From assembly GCA_030540255.1 (NCBI GenBank), contig JAUNWP010000002.1, positions 1,535 through 65,534 on the forward strand: a stretch of 64,000 nt of DNA, in the 5' to 3' direction. The notes beneath the pieces are model-generated. The model had not been told where the DNA came from. It saw nothing but the letters and a program-made list of their open reading frames with translations, and searched no databases. The stretch is from Eubacteriales bacterium (lineage in GTDB: Bacteria > Bacillota > Clostridia > Lachnospirales > Lachnospiraceae). Position 1 is the first letter of the stretch. Every line of letters starts with the position of its first letter. The position numbers and the translations under genes are program-made. Below, one piece after another: positions 11,237 through 21,407 of this stretch.

Positions 11237-12364
11237 TTACATTACCTCTCCGCTTGCTGCGAAGTTGTATGTCTTACCGTCGATGGTCTGTGTTCCTGTT
11301 ACCATTGCACCGAAAGGTCCGCCGTGGTTAGGATTGAGGTAATAGGTCTTGAAGTTTACGATTGCCCAGCCTGTCTCCATAAGGCCTGTTGTAGGATTGC
11401 AGTAGTACCATGTACCGCCGTCATTTACCCAGCCCTTTGCAGCCTGACCGTTATTGTAGTAATACCACTTCTCGCCTGAACCTACCCAGCCGTTAAGTGT
11501 CTGTCCCGGTCCGATCTTGTTGCTGCTGTTGTTCTTGCTTGAAGATCCTGAACCGCCTGTTGCTGTTATGCCCTCAAAGAGATCTCCCCAGCTGTCATAG
11601 GACTCGATATCTGCATCCGAATACTCATCAACAATACCTGTATCTCCTGCCCACTCACTCGGTGCTGTATATGGGTTGCTTCCTGCATTACCCTTGACTC
11701 TTACAGCAAAGCCGTCTACTGTGGCTCTCTGCTTCTGATCATCTTCCATCTGCTTATCGGTCGGTACCGCTCTTGCAGATGAAGGTACTGTGAAGCTTGA
11801 ACCGCTTGTTGTACCGTGAACATACTTTGTATCACCGCTTGTATTGGTATACTTTAAGATGTACTCAGATGTCGGAGCTCCGTTCTTCTTCCATGTATAC
11901 TTCTTAGGCTCAGTACTCTTATCACTTGATGAAGCAGCTGTAGCCTCAACACTTTCCGGTGTCTCCCACATATGATAAGGATATGCCTTAACTCTTACTA
12001 CAAGCGTTGTATCAGAATCAACAGTCTTCTTGGTGATCTCTGTGATGCCCTTACCTGTTACCGTGATTGAATTGGCTGATGAAGGGAAGGTATATCCGCT
12101 GTTTGCCTCAAAGGTAAGCTCATATACCTTTGCTGTCTTAAATGTTGTCGAATCCGATGTTGCCGAATAAGAATTAAGCTCATACTCCGCATTTGTATCA
12201 TTAACTATGAATACCGGATCTGTATTGCCTGCGGAAAGTGCCGCATCTGTATCGCATCCTGCTGCGAAGCTTACACTTGTTATCTCCTCGGCAAAGGCAC
12301 TCATTGAAAATGCTGCTGCCAGACACGCCGATACTCCCAATACCTTTAAGAATCTCTTTGTCAT
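11237..12364 (-). CDS. secreted protein with C-terminal cell-wall-binding (choline-binding-type) repeats
   Basis: Signal peptide MTKRFLKVLGVSACLAAAFSMSAFA. The C-terminus has GW/YY-rich roughly 20-aa repeats (GWVGSGEKWYYYNNGQAAKGWVNDGGTWYYCNPTTGLMETGWAIVNFKTYYLN). The N-terminal two-thirds is unassigned. Confidence 0.7.
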   Translation of the reverse strand: MTKRFLKVLGVSACLAAAFSMSAFAEEITSVSFAAGCDTDAALSAGNTDPVFIVNDTNAEYELNSYSATSDSTTFKTAKVYELTFEANSGYTFPSSANSITVTGKGITEITKKTVDSDTTLVVRVKAYPYHMWETPESVEATAASSSDKSTEPKKYTWKKNGAPTSEYILKYTNTSGDTKYVHGTTSGSSFTVPSSARAVPTDKQMEDDQKQRATVDGFAVRVKGNAGSNPYTAPSEWAGDTGIVDEYSDADIESYDSWGDLFEGITATGGSGSSSKNNSSNKIGPGQTLNGWVGSGEKWYYYNNGQAAKGWVNDGGTWYYCNPTTGLMETGWAIVNFKTYYLNPNHGGPFGAMVTGTQTIDGKTYNFAASGEVM

Positions 12365-12569
12365 ATTGTATCCTTTCTATACCTCGTCTTGATATCCGTA
12401 CCCGCTTCGTCCTGCGCTGTCCAAAGCGATACGAATAGCAGATACTCTCTTGATGATGTGCAGATTATATCATAATCACCGCCCGGAAATCTTTAACGTG
12501 TGATTGCTATTTGTTTACGAATAACGAATGAAACTATTACATTGATAAACTTGAATTTCACAATTATCT

Positions 12570-13784
12570 TTATCCCCATTTTTCTTCCAGCAGAAAATCT
12601 CTGATATTTTTATGTTTGATGCCATCACGGCTCATATCAAATTCATCAAGCGAAACCACATATTTCGGAAAATTATCACGAATACTCTCATATACGCCGA
12701 ATTCGCGTTCTATGGTTTCTTCCGATGCAAGCAGATATGTTACCTGTATATATATTTTGTCTCCTTGTTTCTCACAGACAAAATCAATCTCTTTATCTCC
12801 GGCTTTCCCGACTGTGACCGTATAACCGCGGCGCAAAGCTTCCATATATACTATATTTTCAAGTATCAGATTGATATCACGCATATTACCGCCATACACG
12901 GCTTCTCTTATACCGTGATCCGCAATATAGTATTTTTCATTCGTTGAGATTATCTGCTTGCCTTTCAGATCCTGACGCTTTACCTGATAGAATAAATAAG
13001 CATCCGAGCAGTACTTTATATAATTCAGTATGGTTTCCGGCGCAACATTACGGTGTTCATTCTTCAGGAACTTTGACAATGAGGATGCTGAAAATGTTGC
13101 ACCTACATTTGCCATGATATATGCCATGATCCTTTCAAGCAGATCCACATCGCGTACATTGTTTCGTTTGATTATATCCTTAAGCTGCACCGAATTAAAA
13201 ACATCGCACAGATACTGCCTTACCGGTTCTTCGGCATATTGCAGTTTGCCAAGATACGGCATTCCTCCATATATAAGGTATTTATGGAAGCACTGCTGAA
13301 TTGAGTCCTGCGGTATCACCGATTTATACATATCGACAAATTCCGCAAATGAAAAAGGATAGATAACAAATTCCACATAACGCCCTGCAAGATAGGTAGC
13401 AAGTTCTCCCGAAAGTAATTTGGCATTCGATCCTGTAATATAAATATCACAATCAATAGAAACCCGCAGCGAGTTGACGCATTTTTCCCAATCCGTCACC
13501 TCCTGTATCTCATCAAAAAAAAGATATATTTTTCCCTGAATGGATTTTGCACGAGCTGTGATCTCATCATGAAGAGCCTTGGCATTACACAAAGCTGCAT
13601 AGTTCATATCTTCAAAATTAAAAGAGATAAAGTTATCTGTGCTTACACCGGATTCAATCAACTCCTGCTTAACCAATTCCAGCATGACCGACTTACCTGA
13701 ACGGCGTATGCCTGTCACAACCTTAATAAGCTCACTGCCGATAAAAGGTCTTATCCTGCTCATATACATTTCACGTTTGATCAT
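12570..13784 (-). CDS. AAA+ ATPase (AAA_14) with C-terminal DUF4143 / PD-(D/E)xK-like module
   Basis: 404 aa. Walker A GIRRSGKS, Walker B LFFDEIQ, and a C-terminal EIDFVCEK...IYIQVTY block resembling the restriction-endonuclease-fold motif of the COG1373 family. Confidence 0.8.
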   Translation of the reverse strand: MIKREMYMSRIRPFIGSELIKVVTGIRRSGKSVMLELVKQELIESGVSTDNFISFNFEDMNYAALCNAKALHDEITARAKSIQGKIYLFFDEIQEVTDWEKCVNSLRVSIDCDIYITGSNAKLLSGELATYLAGRYVEFVIYPFSFAEFVDMYKSVIPQDSIQQCFHKYLIYGGMPYLGKLQYAEEPVRQYLCDVFNSVQLKDIIKRNNVRDVDLLERIMAYIMANVGATFSASSLSKFLKNEHRNVAPETILNYIKYCSDAYLFYQVKRQDLKGKQIISTNEKYYIADHGIREAVYGGNMRDINLILENIVYMEALRRGYTVTVGKAGDKEIDFVCEKQGDKIYIQVTYLLASEETIEREFGVYESIRDNFPKYVVSLDEFDMSRDGIKHKNIRDFLLEEKWG

Positions 13785-14160
13785 GACACCTTACTCCCTT
13801 TTAATGCTTTCTATTTACAACATAGTATCCGGCTCAAAAGAATTCTCCGCTACGTTGTCCTCATGATATCAAGTTATATATTGTATTTCAATACAAAGTC
13901 TTAATTTTATAAGCCATAACTTATAAAATTAGTTTTTATTAAATTTTTTTATCATTAAATAACAGCATCATCAGCTACAGTTTAAAAACAGCACAATACA
14001 GCACAATTCGGACTAATCTTTTTTTCATAGGACACAATTCTATATAAAATAAAATCACCGTTTTATCACTATAACAAATAAGGTTCATTTAGGATGAAAT
14101 AAATTCCCCAAGGATCAGTATATAGAAATGAATAAGAACCGGTATAACTGAAATGAATAG

Positions 14161-14192
14161 AAAAAGAAAAGCTCCCGATAAATCGGAAGCTT
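14161..14192 (-). terminator. intrinsic terminator of the tRNA pair
   Basis: On the minus strand, AAGCTTCCGAT/ATCGGGAGCTT forms a stem (one G-U pair) followed by TTCTTTTT. Confidence 0.6.
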
Positions 14193-14199
14193 ACTTAAG

Positions 14200-14271
14200 T
14201 GACCTTGCCGGGAATCGAACCCGGGCCTTCGCCGTGAGAGGGCGACGTCTTAGCCGCTTGACTACAAGGCC
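14200..14271 (-). tRNA. tRNA-Glu (anticodon CUC)
   Basis: Manual cloverleaf of 72 nt. Acceptor GGCCTTG/CAAGGTC; 3-bp D stem with an AAGCGGCTAA loop typical of tRNA-Glu; anticodon arm TCGCC-CTCTCAC-GGCGA; T arm CCGGG-TTCGATT-CCCGG. No encoded CCA. Confidence 0.9.
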
Positions 14272-14274
14272 ATA

Positions 14275-14348
14275 TCGAGGTGACAAGATTCGAACTTGCG
14301 GCCTCTGCGTCCCGAACGCAGCGCTCTACCAAACTGAGCCACACCTCG
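14275..14348 (-). tRNA. tRNA-Pro (anticodon CGG)
   Basis: Manual cloverleaf of 74 nt. Acceptor CGAGGTG/CACCTCG; D arm GCTCAGTTTGGTAGAGC; anticodon arm CTGCG-TTCGGGA-CGCAG; T loop TTCGAAT. Separated from tRNA-Glu by 3 nt. No encoded CCA. Confidence 0.9.
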
Positions 14349-14373
14349 AGTCTGTCTCTCGGACACATGTGGT

Positions 14374-14402
14374 AGTATATACTATAGGCTTAGATCTGTC
14401 AA
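14374..14402 (-). promoter_or_regulatory. sigma-A-type promoter of the tRNA-Pro/tRNA-Glu pair
   Basis: Minus strand reads TTGACA, a 17-nt spacer, then TATACT. The site lies about 25 nt upstream of the tRNA-Pro 5' end. Confidence 0.6.
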
Positions 14403-14647
14403 CAAGTGTTTTAAAGTTTTTTTACAAGTTTTTTTCATCATATTTTCAGGCACTCATCAGCATGCGAAAGCGCCTTATTTTAAGCCATTTTCAGCATATT
14501 ATGCTTTCCTTTTTCATACCGAAAATGATATGACTTTTTCTTTTCTTTTGCAAATTTTTTTCTGCATGATCGATAAATTTTTCTAAAATTTTCTCACGTA
14601 ACGGCACTATCCTGGAGCTCGAATCGCAAACTCTCTGTGTACTTATT

Positions 14648-14682
14648 CAGAAACATGAGGATTGTTCATCCTCATGTTTCTG
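14648..14682 (-). terminator. hairpin downstream of polC
   Basis: Perfect 15-bp stem CAGAAACATGAGGAT/ATCCTCATGTTTCTG with a 5-nt loop. The T-tract is weak. Confidence 0.5.
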
Positions 14683-14696
14683 ATTCCGTTTATGCG

Positions 14697-17600
14697 CTAA
14701 AAAACATCAAACAAGCTGAGCTGGTTGCTCTCGGGTATACTTCCCAGAAGTCCGAGTGATTTAAGCAGATCGGCATTGGACTTGTTGACCTTGGTCCTTG
14801 ATATGAATTCCTCCATGCTAAGATATGGTCCGTTTACCGCATCCGCTTCTATTGCTTCCGCAGCTACCGTACCAAGTCCCGCTATTGAATTTAAGGAAGG
14901 CATGATCTTGCCCTCGGGAGTTACAATAAACTCCTTGGCCTTTGCCTTAAATATATCAATAGGCTCAAATTCTATGCCTCTTGCCATCATTTCCTCAACG
15001 ATACGCATATCTCTGTAGAGTGCCTTGTCGTTCGGAGTAAGTGTACGCTGAGTGCTTACATAGGCTCTCAGCTCACGGATATTCTGTGCCAGCTTTTCCT
15101 TGCTCACGCACATCTTCTCATAATCGAAGCCGTCTCCCTTGACCGAATAGTAGGCCGCATAGTAGGCAACGGGATAATGCACTTTATAGTAGGCGATACG
15201 CCAGGACATAACTACATATGCCGCAGCATGTGCCTTAGGGAACATGTATTTGATGGTATCGCAGGACCAGATGTACCACTCAGGTACTCCGTGCTCTCTC
15301 ATGAGCTTGCAATACTCCTCATGATTGCCGTCCTTAGGGAACTTACCCTTACGCACAAGCTCCATGATCTTGAATGCCTTGCCCGGTTCAACGCCCTTCT
15401 CTATGAGATATATCATGATATCGTCACGGGTACATATGGCAGTCTGAATCGTACAGGTTCCTTCACTTATGAGCTTCTGCGCATTTCCGAGCCAAACATC
15501 GGTTCCGTGTGCAAGACCTGCTATGCGGACAAGGTCGGATACATACTGAGGCTTAGCCTCAAGCAGCATCTGCATGGCGAAATCGGTACCGAACTCCGGT
15601 ACTCCCATGGTTCCGAGCGGTGTACCGCCTATATCCTCCGGCTTAATGCCGAGCGAATCGGTGTTCATAAAGAGCGACATTATCTCCGGTGTTCCTATCG
15701 GTATATCCATAGGATCGAGTCCGGTGAGATCCTGAAGCTGTCTTACCATCTGCGGATCATCCTTACCGAGTATATCCAGCTTAAGTAGGTTATGATCGAT
15801 ACTGTGATAATCAAAATGCGTTGTTATCGGGTTGGTCATAACATTTGCCGGATGCTGTATAGGCGTAAAGGTATTGATCTCCTCTCCGTGCGGAAGTACG
15901 ACTATTCCTCCCGGATGCTGTCCGGTCGAGCGGCGCACCTCCGTACAGCCTAAGGCAAGTCTCTGTATCTCTGCCTTACGCATCTTCTTCGGCTGTCCGT
16001 CCGGCTCCGGATGCTTTTCGTTATATCTTAAAATGTAGCCGTAGGCTGTCTTTTCCTGGACCGTTCCCACCGTACCCGCCTTATAGGTCTGTCCCTTTCC
16101 GAACAGCACCTCAGTATAGGCATGCGCATTGGGCTGATATACTCCGGCAAAATTAAGGTCTATATCAGGCTCCTTATCTCCCTTAAAGCCTAAGAAGGTC
16201 TCGAAAGGAATGTCAAAGCCGTCTTTTATAAGCTTCGTTCCGCATTTCGGACAATCCATGTCCGGCATATCACAGCCAGATTTATCTTTGTATTCCCTAA
16301 CCGTATCCGAATCAAAGTCTACATAATGACAATTTGGGCAGCGGTAGTGCGGCGGCAGAGGATTGACCTCTGATATTCCTCCGAAGGTAGCAGCAAGAGA
16401 GGAACCTACCGATCCTCTCGAGCCTACGAGATATCCGTGCTCCACCGAATCCTGCACAAGTCGCTTTGCGATTATGTACATGACGGAATATCCATTGCTG
16501 ATGATAGAGTTAAGCTCTCTGTCGAGTCTGTTCTTGACTATCTCCGGAACATTTTCTCCATACATCTCTTTGGCGGTCTCATAGCACTTTTGCTCAAGCT
16601 CCTTATCGGAGTTCTCAATGACAGGCGGACACTTATCCGGTCTTACCGGAGCGATACGCTCACACATATCGGCGATCATATTCGGAGTGTCTATGACTAC
16701 TCTCTCCGCAGTCTCTCTGCCTAAAAATGCGAATTCCTCGAGCATCTCGTCTGTAGTACGGAAATACAGCTCCTCGTCGTATTTTTCCTCATTTATCCTT
16801 CTGCCCTTGGTATCAAACTCAAAGAATTTGATGAGCTTACGGTATATGGACTCTCCCTTTTCAGTAAAATGCACATCTCCCGAGGCAACCACAGGCTTAC
16901 CCAGTCTGTCTCCGAGTTCTATTATCTGTCTTGTTACCTCCTGTATATCCGCCATACTCTTAACAGGCGAACTGTCTTCATTTATAAGATAAGCGATATT
17001 TGAAGGAGGCATGATCTCAAAATAATCATAGAAGCCTGCAAGCTCGTTAATCTCCTTATCTCCGACGCCTCTCATCATTGCGTCATAGAGCTCGCCGTCC
17101 TCATTACCCGAGCCTATAAGCAGTCCGTCTCTTAAGCTGTTGACCTTGGACTTGGGCATACGTGCCTCTGTATAGAAATAATCTATATGGGCAGCCGAAA
17201 TAAGACGGTACATATTGGTTCGGCCGAAATCATTTTTGGCAAGTATCGTAAATGAATTCGGATGGAGCTTCTTGATAGTCTCTCCGTCCATCTCGTCCTG
17301 CTCATAGAGCTCGTCAAGATCGTTGATGCCTCTTGCCTTAAGCATCTTGCAAAATCCCAGGAATATGCCAGCAGTCGCCTCGGCATCATCTACGGCTCTG
17401 TGGTGGTTGAGCAGGCTTACTCCAAGCTCCTTTGCCACATTATCAAGCTTGTTTCTGAAGAGCTTCTTTAAGAGCATGTGTGAAAGACCTACAGTATCCA
17501 CAACTGTAGGGTCGAAATCATATCCCAAAAGTCCCGCATAATGCTTGACAAAGCCCACATCGAACATGGCATTATGTCCTACCACAGGGATATCTCCGTC

Positions 17601-18923
17601 TCCTATGAATTTAAGAAACTCCGGTATCCACTTGGTATAATTGCCCTGGCCCTTGACCTGGGCATCAGTGATGCTCGTAAGCTCGGTTATCCTCTCCGGA
17701 ATATGTCTCTCCGGGTCTATAAACTGTGAAAAGCGGTCTATGATATTGCCGTTTTTCACCTTGACTGCGCCTATCTCGATGATATTGTCCTTCTTCATCG
17801 AAAATCCGGTGGTCTCTATATCGAATACGACAAATTCACCGTCAAGACTCTGACCGTGTGAATTTCTTACCGCATTTTTATCATCATCTATAAGCTTACC
17901 CGTCACTCCGTAGATAAGCTTGAGCTTTGATCCCTTAGGCAGGGAATGTGCCGCAGTCGGAAGCACCTGTACCGAATTGGTATCTGTTATCGCAAGTGCC
18001 TTCCAGCCCCATTTATCGGCAAGCTTGATATAGTCCTTGATATCTCCTATACCGTCCATATCGCTCATCTTGGTATGGAGATTGAGCTCTACTCTCTTCT
18101 TGCCCTCATATGTATCCATACGTTTTCCCTCCGGGCTCTCCACCTTCTTGATATTCCTTATACGGTCTATCGAGAGCTCCGGCGTCCACTGGTTCGGGGA
18201 TGCAACATTTCCGCTCAAAATGATGTACTTTCCGTCCTTAAGCTTGTCCTCTACATCATTTTTGGTGTTTTCATCACAATTAAGCTTACAGGATATGGAA
18301 TCGCTTCCGTCCGTAAGATTGAATTTGATTATGTATTTTTCGTTTCTGGTCTTAATGGTCTCGGGTGCGAATATCTTGCCCTTGATGACCACATCTCCCA
18401 TGCCTTCCTCAAGACTTGAGATGCTTAAGGGCTCACCGCTGAAATCATATCCGTATATAACATCCGGGTTCTGTGATTTCTTATCCTGCTTTGGTGTCCA
18501 TCTGGTATCTGCGGTCTTGTAGCCCGTCTGTCCCGGACGTTTGAAGCCTCTTCCGTTTGCATTCCCGGAAAAGCCGCCCTGATTGCCGGATCCGGAGCCT
18601 GAGCCTGACGAGGAATTGCTGTACTGCCTTCCTCCCGTGGATGCCGCCGTACTCGTGCCTCCTGCAGTAGGGTTACCGCTTCTCGCCGCTCCGGTCACGA
18701 CTATACCGACTCTTATCGACTTGCCCTCAAACACCTTGTCCCTTATCGCTTCCTCTGCCGAACAGATAGTGCTTCGCGGTATCTCCTCATTATTGCGTAT
18801 ATATATGTCAAGAGAGCTTCTGTCTCTCGGAACGCTTATCTTAAGTACCTCTGCGTTCTTCAACAGCTCCTTGTCCGACATATCCATATCCAGTTTTGGA
18901 AATACCTCTGAAAATCTGCTCAT
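14697..18923 (-). CDS. polC: DNA polymerase III alpha subunit, PolC type
   Basis: 1408 aa with an internal DEDD exonuclease block (FVVFDIETTGFS), a PHP domain and a polymerase core. This architecture is specific to the Gram-positive replicase. Confidence 0.95.
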   Translation of the reverse strand: MSRFSEVFPKLDMDMSDKELLKNAEVLKISVPRDRSSLDIYIRNNEEIPRSTICSAEEAIRDKVFEGKSIRVGIVVTGAARSGNPTAGGTSTAASTGGRQYSNSSSGSGSGSGNQGGFSGNANGRGFKRPGQTGYKTADTRWTPKQDKKSQNPDVIYGYDFSGEPLSISSLEEGMGDVVIKGKIFAPETIKTRNEKYIIKFNLTDGSDSISCKLNCDENTKNDVEDKLKDGKYIILSGNVASPNQWTPELSIDRIRNIKKVESPEGKRMDTYEGKKRVELNLHTKMSDMDGIGDIKDYIKLADKWGWKALAITDTNSVQVLPTAAHSLPKGSKLKLIYGVTGKLIDDDKNAVRNSHGQSLDGEFVVFDIETTGFSMKKDNIIEIGAVKVKNGNIIDRFSQFIDPERHIPERITELTSITDAQVKGQGNYTKWIPEFLKFIGDGDIPVVGHNAMFDVGFVKHYAGLLGYDFDPTVVDTVGLSHMLLKKLFRNKLDNVAKELGVSLLNHHRAVDDAEATAGIFLGFCKMLKARGINDLDELYEQDEMDGETIKKLHPNSFTILAKNDFGRTNMYRLISAAHIDYFYTEARMPKSKVNSLRDGLLIGSGNEDGELYDAMMRGVGDKEINELAGFYDYFEIMPPSNIAYLINEDSSPVKSMADIQEVTRQIIELGDRLGKPVVASGDVHFTEKGESIYRKLIKFFEFDTKGRRINEEKYDEELYFRTTDEMLEEFAFLGRETAERVVIDTPNMIADMCERIAPVRPDKCPPVIENSDKELEQKCYETAKEMYGENVPEIVKNRLDRELNSIISNGYSVMYIIAKRLVQDSVEHGYLVGSRGSVGSSLAATFGGISEVNPLPPHYRCPNCHYVDFDSDTVREYKDKSGCDMPDMDCPKCGTKLIKDGFDIPFETFLGFKGDKEPDIDLNFAGVYQPNAHAYTEVLFGKGQTYKAGTVGTVQEKTAYGYILRYNEKHPEPDGQPKKMRKAEIQRLALGCTEVRRSTGQHPGGIVVLPHGEEINTFTPIQHPANVMTNPITTHFDYHSIDHNLLKLDILGKDDPQMVRQLQDLTGLDPMDIPIGTPEIMSLFMNTDSLGIKPEDIGGTPLGTMGVPEFGTDFAMQMLLEAKPQYVSDLVRIAGLAHGTDVWLGNAQKLISEGTCTIQTAICTRDDIMIYLIEKGVEPGKAFKIMELVRKGKFPKDGNHEEYCKLMREHGVPEWYIWSCDTIKYMFPKAHAAAYVVMSWRIAYYKVHYPVAYYAAYYSVKGDGFDYEKMCVSKEKLAQNIRELRAYVSTQRTLTPNDKALYRDMRIVEEMMARGIEFEPIDIFKAKAKEFIVTPEGKIMPSLNSIAGLGTVAAEAIEADAVNGPYLSMEEFISRTKVNKSNADLLKSLGLLGSIPESNQLSLFDVF

Positions 18924-18948
18924 CCGTCTGCTCCGCTATAGGGATCTG

Positions 18949-20007
18949 TTATAAATATTTGTCCAATTCCGCCTTAAATGCATTTAAAAGCTCTGCCTCG
19001 GCTGCCTTTTTAATGACCTCACCCTTTTTGATGATAAGTCCTTCGCCTTTGCCTCCGCAGATACCAAGCTCCGCCTCTCTTGCTTCGCCCGGTCCGTTTA
19101 CCACACAGCCCATGCATGCCACCTTCATATCAAGTCTGTTATATGGAGGCTGTGATACGAGTGCATTGACCTTTTCCGCAAGACCTACCAGGTCTATGCT
19201 TGTCCTTCCGCAGGTAGGACAGCTCACCACCTCTATACCGCCGTGTCTTAAGCCAAGTGTCTTAAGTATCTGTATGGCTGATCTTACCTCCTCGACCGGA
19301 TCTCCGGTAAGACTTACTCTTATGGTATCTCCTATACCCTCATGCAATATGATGCCGAGTCCTATTGAGGATTTGATATTGCCTGCCCATACGGTTCCCG
19401 CCTCGGTTATGCCTACATGAAGCGGATGCCCGGTCTTATCTTTGATAAGTTCATGCGCCCTGACACACATAAGCACATCCGAGGACTTGATACTGATCAC
19501 GATATTACCGTAATCCATCTCCTCTATCATGCGAGCCTTATCAAGTGCCGACTCAACAAGTCCCTCCGCCGTAACTCCGCCGTATTTGGCTACAAGCTCC
19601 TTCTCTAAAGAGCCTGAATTGACACCTACTCTTATAGGGATATTTCTTGCCGAAGCTGCCTTTACGACAGCCTCAAGCTTTTCTCTGCCTCCGATATTGC
19701 CGGGATTTATCCTTATCTTGTCTACTCCGTTTTCTATGGAAAGAAGTGCAAGCTTATAATCAAAATGAATATCCGCAACAAGCGGTATATGTATTCTTGA
19801 TTTTATAGCCGGTATAGCTGCTGCCGCTTCCTTATCCGGTACGGCAACTCTTATTATCTCACAGCCTGCTTCTTCAAGACGAAGTATCTGCTCAACCGTA
19901 GCCTCAACATCGGAGGTCTTGGTGTTGCACATTGACTGAATGGCAATACGATTGTTTCCGCCTATCCTTACTCCGCCGATATTTACTTCATGTGTAAGCA
20001 TCCTCAT
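18949..20007 (-). CDS. ispG: 4-hydroxy-3-methylbut-2-en-1-yl diphosphate synthase
   Basis: 352 aa. TIM-barrel N-terminal half plus C-terminal Fe-S cysteines (SCPTCGR ... CMGCVVNGPGE). Confidence 0.9.
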   Translation of the reverse strand: MRMLTHEVNIGGVRIGGNNRIAIQSMCNTKTSDVEATVEQILRLEEAGCEIIRVAVPDKEAAAAIPAIKSRIHIPLVADIHFDYKLALLSIENGVDKIRINPGNIGGREKLEAVVKAASARNIPIRVGVNSGSLEKELVAKYGGVTAEGLVESALDKARMIEEMDYGNIVISIKSSDVLMCVRAHELIKDKTGHPLHVGITEAGTVWAGNIKSSIGLGIILHEGIGDTIRVSLTGDPVEEVRSAIQILKTLGLRHGGIEVVSCPTCGRTSIDLVGLAEKVNALVSQPPYNRLDMKVACMGCVVNGPGEAREAELGICGGKGEGLIIKKGEVIKKAAEAELLNAFKAELDKYL

Positions 20008-20111
20008 GACCGTACCTCTTTTACTAAAAAAAACATATCCCTCTGATTTTTTTGCTGCAGCACAGCACAGAGCAAGCCGGTCTCTGAAAAGCTGTGCAAT
20101 AAGCCTTTTTC

Positions 20112-21407
20112 CTAATGCGGCAATATAAGCATACTGATGTCATTCATCATTATCAGCAGCATAAAACCTAAGAGCAGCAGCATGCCGCCTGTATGTATCT
20201 TGGCTTCAAGCTCCTTGGGAACCGCTCTCCTTGTGATAAGCTCGATAATGATAAATACAAGCCTTCCTCCGTCAAGTGCAGGAATAGGCAGAAGGTTCAT
20301 AAAGCCGAGTGAACCCGATATAAGTATCATCAGATCGAGCAGAGTAAGTACCGATGACTTAAGACCGTAGTCCGCAGCCTCGCTTACAGTCTCATCCATG
20401 ACCGCAACCATACGCACCGGCCCCATAACATCTTTTCCGGTAACTTTGCCTCTTACGATCAATCTGAGCGATTCGAAGGAAGAACGTATGCAGTAATTTA
20501 CATTATACTGACTGCATTTTAAGGTATCGATGATACCCTTGGTCTTGTCGTAGGCAATATTATAGGCATATCCGAAGCGGTATACTTCCTTCTCATTATC
20601 ATAATAAGGTACAAGCTCCGCTTTACTTTTGTTCATACCGTCGTCGGCATCACGGTAATATACCGTAAATGTTTCCGCTGCCTGTATCTCATCATTATGA
20701 ACATAATTAAATATGCTTATATCCCTTGCAGACTGTATGCTCATCTTTGTCTTGCCGACCTTAAGAGCATATATCTCATCTCCGGGCTCTATCCCGGCCT
20801 CTGCTACCGGGCTTCCGGCCTGAACCTCTATCACTGTCGGTCTGTCAAAGCCGTAGCATCCGCAGATGATCACAGAAAGCAAAAAAGCAAGCACGAAGTT
20901 AAATACCGGGCCTGCCGCTATGACTATGAATCGCCTCCATGCCGGCTTGCTTATAAACTGCGAGTCCTTGGAATATCGTCTTCCGTCAACAATAAAACTG
21001 TCCTCGTCCTCACTGCGTTCGAAGCTGTCTAGACTGCCGTTATTAAACTGCGCTGCCTTAAGGCTGCTTACTTCTTCCTTTTTGCAGGGCTCAGACTCAC
21101 TTAAGGCTTCATTTCCCGCATCATCACTGCTGTCGCACTCTCTGTCAGCTTTCCCGCAGTCATCTTCGTCTTCCATATACTCTGACTCGTCAAGTTCCTC
21201 TCCGAGCATCATACACGAGCCTCCGAAGGGCATTATGCGCAGAGAATAACGAACATTTCCTATGACCTTAGAGCATATCCTCGGTCCCATGCCTATCGAA
21301 AACTCGATAACTCCTATGCCCATTGCTCTTGCGGCAAGAAAATGTCCGAATTCGTGTATCGTTATGATTATGCCTAAGGCAATTATCGATACTAAAAGAC
21401 TTATCAT
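20112..21407 (-). CDS. rseP: RIP (site-2) zinc metalloprotease
   Basis: 431 aa. HEFGH zinc motif in TM1, a PDZ-like middle region and the C-terminal NLLPIPALDGG motif. Conserved position between dxr and ispG. Confidence 0.85.
   Translation of the reverse strand: MISLLVSIIALGIIITIHEFGHFLAARAMGIGVIEFSIGMGPRICSKVIGNVRYSLRIMPFGGSCMMLGEELDESEYMEDEDDCGKADRECDSSDDAGNEALSESEPCKKEEVSSLKAAQFNNGSLDSFERSEDEDSFIVDGRRYSKDSQFISKPAWRRFIVIAAGPVFNFVLAFLLSVIICGCYGFDRPTVIEVQAGSPVAEAGIEPGDEIYALKVGKTKMSIQSARDISIFNYVHNDEIQAAETFTVYYRDADDGMNKSKAELVPYYDNEKEVYRFGYAYNIAYDKTKGIIDTLKCSQYNVNYCIRSSFESLRLIVRGKVTGKDVMGPVRMVAVMDETVSEAADYGLKSSVLTLLDLMILISGSLGFMNLLPIPALDGGRLVFIIIELITRRAVPKELEAKIHTGGMLLLLGFMLLIMMNDISMLILPH

Noticed and set aside
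12365-14200. Annotating the ATPase islet as an integrated mobile element
   Set aside because: There is no integrase or recombinase. I could find no convincing direct repeat of the tRNA-Glu 3' end at the far side. The only near-match, around 12480 (GCCCGGAAATC versus GCCGGGAATC), is weak.
14153-14533. 126-aa plus-strand ORF
   Set aside because: It runs antisense straight through both tRNA genes and their promoter, so it is spurious.
20800-21150. Acidic, serine-rich segment in RseP as an unusual insertion
   Set aside because: The overall length (431 aa) matches ordinary Bacillota RasP/RseP proteins. Those also have a variable segment between the HExxH helix and the PDZ region, so this is not clearly an insertion.
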